This document shows, in pieces, positions 48,161 to 59,000 of a DNA stretch of 64,000 nucleotides. The number at the start of each line of letters is the position of its first letter. Position 1 is the stretch's first letter. Location: assembly GCA_035221665.1 (NCBI GenBank), contig CM069149.1, positions 10,540,001-10,604,000 on the forward strand, read 5' to 3'. Origin of the DNA: Okamejei kenojei (taxonomy: Eukaryota). The notes beneath the pieces were generated by a model. The model saw only the letters and a list, made by a program, of their open reading frames with translations, had not been told where the DNA came from and ran no database searches. Both the position numbers and the translations under genes were made by a program.

Positions 48161-48489
48161 TTCCATTTCCATGGCCTGAGTTTAAGTGCAGCACTTAGGG
48201 AATGCTTTATCATCAAAGATGTAACTTTTCTAGTGAGATATCCGGTTGAGATTGTCTGTTCAGCAAGGTGCCACTACTGAATGAAAAGTGGAGGAGAGAT
48301 ACCCTTGTGCCCTTGCTGATATGTATCACTCAATTAACATTACAGGAGTGGATAATTTGTGCATCATTGCATTGCTATTTGTGTGAGCACTGTGTGTAAA
48401 TGAACTGTCACAATTCCTGTGTTATGACTACAGTACCAAGTACTTCATGAATGAGAACCTTCCTTGGAGTCACAGATAGATAGGGTGGA

Positions 48490-49115
48490 CAAAAAAGCTT
48501 TTGGCACAATGGCCTTCATCAGTCAGAGTATTGAGTATGGATGTTGGGAGGTCATGTTGCAGTTGTATAAGATGTTGACGAGGCCTCATTTCTAGTATTG
48601 TGTTCAGGTCTGGGCACCATGTTCTAAGAAAGATGTTGCCAAGCTGGAAAGGGTACAGAGATCTATGGGGATGTTTCCAGGACTCAAGGGTCTGAGTTAT
48701 AGAGAGAGGTTGAGTAGGCTGGGACTCTATTCCTTGGAACACAGGAGGATGAGGGGTGTATAACATCATGCTGGAATAGATCGAGTCGATGCACAAAATC
48801 CCCTTCCCAGAGCAGGTGAATATAGGACCAGAGGACATAGGTTTAAGGTGGGGAAAAAGATTGAATAGGAATCTGAGGGGTCACTTTTTCACACAAAGGT
48901 TGGTGGGTGTATGGAACAAGCTGCCAGAGGAGATAGTTGAAGCAGGGACTATCCCGACATTTAAGAAACTGTTAGACATGGATAGGACAGCTTTGGAGGG
49001 ATATGGACCAAACACGGGCAGATGGGACTGGAGTAGCTGGGACATGTTGGCTGGTGTGGGTAAGTTGGGCCAAAGGGCCTATTTCCGCGCTGTGTTACCC
49101 TATGACTTTATGGCT
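48490..49115 (+). mobile_element. CR1/HER1 LINE 3' fragment
   Basis: RLNRNLRGHFFTQRLVGVWNKLPEEIVEAGTI and a CR1 tail. Confidence 0.85.
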
Positions 49116-49554
49116 CTAACTGTTTTGGGATGTCTGAATGGAATGTGATTGTGCTCTGTAAATGCAAGTCTTACTGATTTCCTTTAGTTCATTTAATATT
49201 AGTGATTCAGGTCATTGACATGATATTGTCATAGAGCTATCAAGCATAATGAAGCAAGGCTAAAACTAATTAAAGCTATGCAGATCTTTTAATTTACAAT
49301 ACCTTTTGCAATGAAGTTAACATCTATCGTAAATTAAAAATGGTTGATGTCTAAAGGTGTACATTTCATTAGTTTATCCGAAAAGAATGTCACTAGATTC
49401 ATAAGTGGAATAGAACTACAAGAATGTAGAATCCTTTTCTAACAATGAAAGTGGGGAAATGAATGGCAACTCAAAATGAAAGCAATAAAGAATATGGATT
49501 TGAATGTGATATTAGTAACAATAAATGATACAATCAATGTTTATTTCCTAACAG

Positions 49555-50378
49555 GTATTAATGTAACTACCACTGATTTACCTTATGTAACACCAACAAC
49601 ATCTCCAACAACAGAAGCAACATACAGATCTTCCACCACACCAATGACGTCAGCAGTAAGACAGTTAACGCCTACCATTGCTGGTCCAACAACACCTCTT
49701 TCAACGATGACAACCGTTACCTCTAAACCCCTGGTAACTTCCTCTACACCAGTTCACACAACATCTTTTACATCTACGGAACCTGCTATAAGTTCTACGG
49801 AGACCACTCTAACTTCGGTCGGGAGCACCAGTACAACAAATGTTACAACTGAGGTTCCAGGCCCACCTGCAACTTCTATACACACTACTGAAAAGATGCC
49901 TCCTTCCACCAGCATGGGTTACTCAACCACATCAGCTAGCAACACATCTGAAGTGATTATTTACCCAACACATGATGCATATACCACTGTTCAGCCAGAA
50001 GTAATAAAACCTCAGTATAGCACAACCACTGAAAGCACTGCAGCTACAACAAGTCAACAGGTAACAGTGGGGGAGGCAGTAATCACAACAGAGGGGGTAA
50101 CCAGCCAGTCTGCAGCACCAACTACCCCGAGCAGGACATCGACCCTCACTCCAGAAGTGCCTGCCACCCTTGTGACAACTCCAACACCCACAGTTTCAGC
50201 TTCATCAATGAGCGTTGAGGAGAAAGCCACATCGGAACTGACCACAGCCTCACAGACTTCTCCTTTCACTTGGACAACACCTCTTTCTGCAACCAGTCCT
50301 CAGCCAGAAACTGCAATTCCATTTGGAATCTCTGATTCTCAAACCGTGGCACCATCGGTGACTCCAGCACTATGCACA
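49555..50378 (+). CDS. OTOGL: Otogelin-like, Thr/Ser/Pro-rich mucin-like exon
   Basis: aacAG acceptor in phase 1 continues the preceding exon (C-INVTTTDL...). Open for 274 codons. Probable donor GTAGGA after ...PALCT (phase 0); this 3' boundary is less certain. Confidence 0.85.
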
Positions 50379-51500
50379 GTAGGAGAACATTTTCTTTCCT
50401 TTCCTCCTTGAATGAAAACAACGTATAAGAAAAATTAAAAATAATACGCAAGAATTTTTTTTATTTTTTAATGTGAACATACATGTAATGTTCTATATAT
50501 GCTTAAATTATAATGTATTATAGTTAACAGATATTTCCTTCAGAAGAAAAATCGTAATTTCTCTATCATACACATGGACTTATCCAACATGACTACAGGC
50601 CATTTGCCCACCACATCTGCACCTACCAGTGGATACCCATCTGTATTAATCCTGTTCCAGCATGATTCATATCATTCCTTGGTGAGGCAATTCATGTACT
50701 CATCTGGACACTTACATACTGCTAACAACCCTGCTTCCACAACTCTCTCTGCAGTTATTCCATGCACTCATCTCTCTCTAGGTGTAAAAGATCCCCCTCA
50801 GATCCCCTCTAAATGTCATACCTTACTCCAGATTTATATTCTTTAGTTTTATATATCTTTGATATGGGGAAATGTTTAATGCAGTCTTCCCTTTAAATTA
50901 CCTATGCACCTCCCTGGTGCTGACGCATCCTTCCTGTATTGTGGACCTGAACTGCAAAATGTCTCCAAATCTCTCATCCCGATAATAGGAAAAAATATAT
51001 TGATCTGAAAATTAAACATAATGGCAGACTTTGCCATCTGAATGTTCATATTTAATAACATTTTTCATAGCTTTGCTCACAACTTTGAAGGAGGCCAGTC
51101 AACATCAAGTCCATGCCAGCTCTCAGAGCATGTGTGCACGACCTTCAATCTTCAGTCAACAATTCTATTGCACACCACACAATCTGGATGTAGTACATAC
51201 AGTACTAACATCCAAGGCGTTTCTGATGCTATAAATTAATCTTAACAGCTGTTTATTAATGGAGACAAAACTCATGATTCTATGCTTTGTATGGTTTGAA
51301 CACTGAGTCCTCATGTCAGCCATCTTTTGAACCAAGTGCCATGACTATTTGTCAAATGATGATTTGTATTTGAAACAAAACATTGCAACGGATTTGTCAC
51401 TATTCAGACACCTTCTTTCTAAGCATTACTTCATGTTGATTAGTGAATGTATTATATGTATCTTTGGATATTCTTTTCAATTCTGTATTATGTCTTCCAG

Positions 51501-51594
51501 TGCCCTTTTAATGTGACACAGCCGAGTTGTGGTTTTCTGGGAATGCCGGTCCAGATCAATAATGATAGGTGCTGTCCGCAATGGGAGTGTCCAT
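51501..51594 (+). CDS. OTOGL: Otogelin-like, internal Cys-rich exon
   Basis: ttccAG / GTGAGT, 94 nt, phase 0/1. CPFNVTQPSCGFLGMPVQINNDRCCPQWECP. Confidence 0.88.
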
Positions 51595-52550
51595 GTGAGT
51601 ACCGGTTGCAGATTTGTGCTGTGCCACATTAGGCACTATTCTTATGGGAAACTGAGTCACACATAACAAAACCCCAAAAAGAAAATGCACTAATATAATG
51701 TAGAATAAGTCAATTTGTTCCTGAAATTGAAAAGCTGAAAATCCACAGATGCTGGAAATCTGAAATGAAATTAAAACATGCTGGAAATTCTCAGCAGATC
51801 GGTGTGCATCTGTGGGAAGTGAAACATAGTTAATATTTCAGAGGATCTGAGGAAGGGTTTTCCACCTGAAATGTTAACTCTTTCACTTCCCACTGAAGCA
51901 GTCTGACCAGCTGAGTATTTCCAGCATTTGTTGCTTTTGTTACACTTGCCTTTTAGAGGGTAGACATCCTCAGAATTCCAGTCCTGAACTTCACTTCTAT
52001 GTTGCGGGTAAAACCCAGATTTATTTCCCACTCAGCTAGATTTGTTCTAGCGAGATCAGAAATTGAGCACAACTGTAAGGCGAAGGCAGTGCATTGCTTA
52101 AGTTACTGAACAAGCCGTCTGTGTTCTTGAATCCCACTATGGCTGTTGGAAAATGTAAAATAATTACATTTGTAATTTAAAAAAAAAAGTACATTTCAGT
52201 GTTAGTTGTTGTAAAACTCATCACGTTCTCCGATAAACCATTAGAGCGAGAGACCTATTTGGGATGACTATTATTAGTCAAATATGAAGAAGGTGGCAAA
52301 ATACTTTTATCATCCTAGGCCAGCATAATTTAGGTTTAGGTGTGCATGGGAAATGCCATTTTGGGAAGCTACAGCAAAAATCAAGTGTAGTTGGAGATGT
52401 AATAAAACTTAAAAAAAAAAATCTAGCCTGGAAACTGTGCACCGCAGGTCCCTCATTAAATATAGACAAGCCCAATGTACATAAAATATTAGATTTATAT
52501 GTTATAATTCTTTTAATTAAAATAATTATTTTTTAAACTTGGTTTGTCAG

Positions 52551-52693
52551 GTCGCTGCTCAATGTTCTCTGACCTACACGTCATTACATTTGATGGCAAT
52601 GATGTAGGAGTTTATGATGCTGCAGCCTATGTATTGACCCTGTTACCACAAGAAACTATTGTTGCTCATATTGAACAATGTTCAACCCGGGAG
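52551..52693 (+). CDS. OTOGL: Otogelin-like, internal exon (VWD4 start)
   Basis: gtcAG / GTAATG, 143 nt, phase 1/0. CRCSMFSDLHVITFDGNDVGVYDAAAYVLTLLPQETIVAHIEQCSTRE. Confidence 0.94.
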
Positions 52694-52767
52694 GTAATGA
52701 ACCGCTTTTCTCAGACTAGAATGTAACATTGAAGGTAGAACTTTTATTAAAAATGTACATTAAATTA

Positions 52768-53545
52768 TAGACGCAAGGAACTGCAGATGCTGATTTTCAA
52801 AAGAAAAGGACATAAAGTGCTGGATTAACTCAACTGGTTATGCAGTAACTGTGGAGCACATTGATAAGCGACATTTTGGGTTGGGACCCTTCTTCAGACT
52901 GATTGTAGTAGTAGGGAGAAAGCTAGAAGAGGGGTGGGGATGGGACAAAGCCTGGCAAGTGATAGGTGCAAACAGGTGAGTGGGGGGGGGGAGGTTGATT
53001 TGCAGATGGGTGGATAAAGTGGATAAAGGCCACAGATGGAAAGAAGACAAAAGGCTGTGAAATAAGGAGAAAAGCTGAGTGAAATGTGAAGCCAGAAGAA
53101 AAGTTTAGGTGAAAGTTGATGGGGGAAGGCAAAAGGGTTGTTGTTGTTGTTGGTTAGTTACCTAAAATTGAACAATTCAATATTCATGCCTCTTTAAGTT
53201 GTAAGCTACCCAAGCGGACTGTTAGCTGCTGTGCCTCCCGTTTGCATGCGGCTTCACTCTGGCAGTGGAGGAGGCCCAGGATTGAAAGGTCAGAATGGGA
53301 AGAGGAGTTAAAATGGTTAGCAACCGGGAAATCCAGCAGGCCGAGGTGGACCGAGCACAAGTGTTCGGTGAAACTGTTGCCTTGTCTATGCTTGGTCTCG
53401 CCACATTAGGAGCACCCAATGCAGTAGATGAGGTTAGAGAAGGTGCATGTGAACCTCTGTCTCACCTGGTGGAACTGTTGGAGTCTCTGGGTGGATCTGA
53501 GGTAGAAGGTTAGGGACAGGTGTTACATCTCCTGAGGTTGCAGGG
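52768..53545 (-). mobile_element. Penelope-like (Neptune-type) element with GIY-YIG remnant and terminal repeat
   Basis: Minus strand reads QRFTCTFSNLIYCIGC...GETKHR...FTEHL...PVANHFNS..HSDLSILGL...GMNIELFNF, followed by the hammerhead-containing repeat. Confidence 0.85.
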
Positions 53546-55472
53546 CTAAGGATAAGGGGGAAATCTTTTAGGACCGAGATGAGAAAAACATTTTTCACAC
53601 AGAGAGTGGTGAGTCTCTGGAATTATCTGCCACAGAAGGTAGCTTAAGCCAGTTCATTGGCTATATTTAAGAGGGAGTTAGATGTGGCCCTTGTGACTAG
53701 AGGGATCAGGTGGTATGGAGAGAAGGCAGGTACAAGATTCTGTGTTGGATGATCATCCAGGATCCTATTGAATGGTGGTGCAAGTTTGAAGGGCTGAATG
53801 GCCTACTCCTGCACCTATTTTCTATGTTTCTATTAAACTGCCATCAGCCTTTCCAAAATAACATGCTATTCATTGGTATTAATTTTGTGCATCATAAGTG
53901 AGTGGGCAGAAATGTGGCTGATAGCATAATGTGACAAGAAGAAAGAAAAGATCTTTTAGATAGAACATCAGAACCTGAGGTACCACCGGGTGGCGCCAGC
54001 AATGGCTGCCTCGCCAACAGTCTGTCTGTCCTTTCCTTCTTTGTGTTTTAATAGTATGTGTTAAATGTATGTTTGTAGTGTTCTTTAGCTTGTTTTATCT
54101 GGGGGGGGGGGGGGGGGGTGGTGGTACGATACTACGTATCGTATCTCCGTCCGCACTGCGGCCTAACATCGAGGAGTTGCCTGCCTTTGCTGGAGACCAA
54201 CTTTGAGAGCTCCAGCCGCGGGTGCCTGCGGACGTTAACATCGCGGAGCTCGCAGTCTCCAGTTAGAGATCGATTTTGGGAACTCTAAGCCGCAGGAGTT
54301 TCGATTGCCCCGATGCGGGAGCTTCCATCGCCCCGACGCGGAAGCTTCGACTGCCGCCTGCAGGAGCTTCGATCGTCCCGATGGATGGTTTGACTGCCCT
54401 GACCGCGGGAGAATAAAGAGGAAGTAGATTGGACTTTTTTGCCTTCCATCTCAGTGAGGAATATGGGGAATCTGCTGTGGTGGATGTTTATGTTAACTAT
54501 TATGTCGTTGTGTGTCTTGTTGCTTTTTTTCGTATGGCTGTATGGTAATTCGCATATCACTGTACCTTAATTGGTACATGTGACAATGAAAGACGTTTTG
54601 ACCGTTGAAACCTTTGAACAGTGTTTAAATGGAAAGCGACTCCAGAATGATGCTGTATCGAGGAATTTAATGGTCCAGGTGAATGGAGCATGGGAAATAA
54701 GTATGTAGACAAAATAAATCATGAAATGGAAAAAACAACCTTTATTGCAAGGGAATGGAGTGTAAAAACCTTCAGGCAAGTCTTGCTGCCACTAGGACCA
54801 CACCTGGGCAAAATAGCTTGGGCTCCAGAAGGAGGGATAGGCGATCGTTGTAGGTTGGTTACAAAGAGTCCTGAAACAAAGGCATTGTATTATGAATAAA
54901 CGTTGTTCAGGTTGGGCTCTTACTCATTGGAATGTAGAAAGACCTATAGGCAAGACCTATAGTTTGCAAGAAAAAGAGACACATTACTGAAGAATCATAG
55001 GGGGATAAAGAGAGTAGATGCTGAGAGGATGTTTTCCCTTTTTGGGGAAATCTGGAATTAGAGGCCCTTGTTTCATAATAAGGAGTCATTCATTACAGGT
55101 GATGCGCAGGAAGAACTTCTTATAACTGAAGGTCATGAATCTTTGCAGTTTTTTTTACCCCAGAGAGCTGTGGAGTGAATGGAAGGCTGAAATAGGTTAC
55201 GTTTATATCAATAGGAGAATTATAGGTTACCAAAAACAGAAAATACTGGAAAAACGTAGCCAGTTAAGCCACAGATCAGATCAGCCATGATCCTATTCAA
55301 TGTTAGAGCAGGCCTACGATGCTGTGTGACCTACTGCTGTTCAAAATTAATGCATTCATGTGTTAAATTAATTTCTAAACTATAGTATTTTTATCATCTA
55401 ATGAAAATTATTCACTGCTTGTTGGAACGTATTGGCTGAAATGTTTCTGAAAAATACTTTTATTAATTCCAG

Positions 55473-55496
55473 AGTGCAAATTCTATAAGGCGTCCT
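55473..55496 (+). CDS. OTOGL: Otogelin-like, 24-nt micro-exon
   Basis: ttccAG / GTAAGT, phase 0/0. SANSIRRP sits where mammalian OTOGL has an NSLKK-like linker (from recall). Confidence 0.8.
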
Positions 55497-55604
55497 GTAA
55501 GTAAATTATAATTATTTAAACTAAATTTTGATACTGCTCATTTCAAGTTATTATCAATGCAGGGTATTTGTTTTATAATTCTGCACATTATGTTTGCCTT
55601 TAAG

Positions 55605-55694
55605 GTGCCTGGGGGAAACTCTGGATTATGCTTTAAAAAGTTGAACATAACCTCGCATAAGCACAGAGTTCTAATTGATCGACTTGAAAGATTG
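55605..55694 (+). CDS. OTOGL: Otogelin-like, internal exon (VWD4)
   Basis: ttaAG / GTGAGT, 90 nt. VPGGNSGLCFKKLNITSHKHRVLIDRLERL contains the SGLCFKKLN motif. Confidence 0.93.
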
Positions 55695-56043
55695 GTGAGT
55701 ACGAGACTCGGGATTTAAATAAGATTGCTAACCTCTTTTACATTCATTTTCTAAACTCATGACTGCTATTACTAATATGTTACTAATGCAAAACTAATGT
55801 AAAGTATTAACCAGACATTAATCATCCATAAACAATAAACTTTTTTACCATTCAAGTGATATTGGACTATTTCACGATTTTCATTTTATTTATTGTATGA
55901 TATTACTTTCCCATCTCAGGCACATTAATTTATTGTGTTAAGCAATCTGGAAATGTGATGCACTTGATAAAACAAAACTACACTGGTGAAGCACTTGTGT
56001 TTTCCCTTTTCTTCAAAAGTTGGGCCAAAACATTGGTCTTCCA

Positions 56044-59000
56044 CCCTGCGGAAGTGGCAAGAGAAGATCTTTATTTACAGAAACAAGAGGTATCCAGAGG
56101 AACATAGAGAATCTGAGATATGGCCTGATGTACCCGGCAACATTAAGAGTAACTTATGATAACAAGAAGCACCACTTCACCAAACATACAGAAGCTCTTG
56201 AATTCGCTCGAAACATTCAGAAGAAACTGGAAGAGGAAGAAGTAGATGAAGATGAAGAATACTGAATATTATTGATCACTTACCTGATGATACTGCCCAT
56301 CCACAGAAAAGGAGGAGGATTCACACTGAAGGAGGATCCGCAGGGAAGGAGGAGGAACAATGGACATGGACTCTATCTTGGGGTCAAGGAGGGATGGATG
56401 GATGGATTATTAATAAATATAGTTTTGTATTAACTACCCCTTAAAAATGTATGTTAGCTCTCCTAATATAGTGCTATGACACTAACTATATTTGATATTA
56501 GTAGTATTATTAATTATTAAGTATATAAATTTAATACCCCACCCCGACATATATAGCCCTTAAGGCAAAAACGGAGCTGGAACTATTAACATCTTTTTTT
56601 TCACGGAAGTCCGTAGATTAATAGCCATGCTAGTGTGGCTTACACTAATACTAACTGCACTAATTATAGTTGTCACTTTTTTTTCCCCTTACACTTTACT
56701 AACATCACTTACTTTACTCACATTTTTTATTATTACTTTTATATTATGTATTTTATTTCATATTATATATTATATAGATTTAAGTATGATTGGTATTATA
56801 TAGTTAGTTTAAAGAGACATGTGTATAAGACAATGACACAGATATTAAATTTCATCGATCTGAGGTTTGGGTATAGGATTGGGTTAGATGAGCTGAGACA
56901 TCTACTCCATTATAAACCACCTTAATAATAACATGTATGACTTAAATACTAGGATTGGGGGTGATGGAATCACCTTCTGTAGTTGGAATGTTAAGGGAAT
57001 TAATGAACCAATTAAAAGAGGTAAGGTTTTAGCTCAATTAAATAGATTCCAAGAGACACACCTTAAAAAAGACGCGCAGTATAGATTAACAGCAAATTGG
57101 ATTTCCAAAGTATATCACTCTTCATTTACACATAAGTCTAGAGGGGTAGCAATAATTATTCGTAAAGGTATACCTTTTAAACAAAGCTCAATAATAGAAG
57201 ATGTTGAGGGTAGATATATAATAATTACAGGTGAATTACATTCTAAAAAAGTAATCCTTATGAATATATATGGTCCTAATTTTGATAACCCATTATTCTT
57301 CAAGAAAATATTTAACAATATCCCTATATCCACTCAACATACAGTGGCTTGCAAAAGTTTTCATACTCCTTGAACTTTTCCACATTTTGTCACGTTACAA
57401 CCACAAACGTAAATGTATTTTATTGGGATTTTATGTGATAGACCAACACAAAGTGGTGCATAATTGTGAAGTGTAAGGAAAATGATACATGGTTTTCAAA
57501 TTTTTTTACAAATAAAAAACTGAAAAGTGTGGCATGCTAAAGTATTCAGCCCCCCTGAGTCAATACTTTGTAGAACCACCTTTCGCTGCAATTACAGCTG
57601 CAAGTCTTTTGGGGTATGTCTCTACCAGCTTTGCATGTCTAGGGACTGAAATTTTTGCCCATTCTTCTTTGCAAAATAGCTCAAGCTCAGCCAGATTGGA
57701 TGGAGAGCGTCTTTGAACAGCAATTTTCAAGTCTTGCCAGAGATTCTCAATTGGATTTAGGTCTGGACTTTGACTGGGCCATTCTAACACATGAGTATGC
57801 TTTGATCTAAACCATTCCATTGTAGCTCTGACTGTATGTTTAGGATCGTTGTCCTGCTGGAAGGTGAACCTCCGCCCCAGTCTCAAGTCTTTTGCAGACT
57901 CTAACAGGTTTTCTTCCAAGATTGCCCTGTATTTGGCTCCATCCATCTTCCCATCAACTCTGACCAGCTTCCCTGTCCCTGCTGAAGAAAAGCATCCCCA
58001 CAGCATGATGCTGCCACCACCATGTTTCACAGTGGGTGATGGTGTGTTCGGTGTTAGTTTTCACATAGCATTTTGCATTTAGGCCAAAAACATCAATTTT
58101 GGTCTCATCAGACCAGAGCACCTTCCTCCACATGTTTGCTGTGTCCCCCACATGGCTTGTGGAAAACTGCTAACAGGACTTCTTATGGCTTTGTTTCAAC
58201 AATGGCTTTCTTCATGCCACTCTTTCATAAATGCCCGATTTGTGGAGTGCACATCTAATAGTTGTCCTGTGGACAGATTTTCCCACCTGAGCTGAGGATC
58301 TCTGCAGCTCTTCCAGAGTTACCATGGGCCTCTTGGCTGCTTCTCTGATCAATGCTCTCCTTGCCCGGCCTGTCAGTTTAGGTGGACGGCCATGTCTTGG
58401 TAGGTTTGCAGTTGTGCCATACTCTTTCCATTTTCGGATGATGGATTAAACAGTGCTCTGTGAGATGTTCAAAGCTTGGGATATTTTATTATAACCTAAC
58501 CCTGCTTTAAACTTCTCCACAACTTTATCCCTGACCTGGCTGGTGTGTTCCTTGGGCTTCATGATGCTGTTTGTTCACTAATGTTCTCTAACAAACCTCT
58601 GAGGCCTTAACAGAAGAGCTGTATTTATACTGAGATTAGATTACACACAAGTGGACTCTATTTACTAATTAGGTGACTTCTGAAGGCAATTGGTTGCACT
58701 GGATTTTATTTAGGAGTATCAGAGTAAAGGGGGCTGAATACTTTTGCACGCCACACTTTTCAGTTTTTTATTTGTAAAAAAATTTGAAAACCATGTATCA
58801 TTTTCCTTCCACTTCGCAATTACGCGCCACTTTGTGTTGGTCTATCACATAAAATCCCAATAAAATACATTTACGTTTGTGGTTGTAACGTGACAAAATG
58901 TGGAAAAGTTCAAGGGGTATGAAAACTTTTGCAAGCTACTGTAATCTAATAATTGGAGGTGATTTTAATTGTACCTTAGATAATTATTTAGATAGATCAT

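Noticed and set aside
49476-49554. ATG-initiated 311-aa stand-alone mucin gene
   Set aside because: The first 26 codons are AT-rich intron. The real start is the acceptor at 49554/49555, in phase with the upstream OTOGL exon.
51320-51373. Candidate missing OTOGL exon (cag|PSFEPSAMTICQMMICI)
   Set aside because: In-frame TGA with no usable donor before it.
5841-55694. Assignment as OTOG, VWF or a gel-forming mucin
   Set aside because: The AbfB domain excludes VWF and MUC2/5. NDMTTSNN, FGDSWALGQ, LGEGPYM, SLESAERPNYF and SGLCFKKLN fit OTOGL better than OTOG as I recall them.
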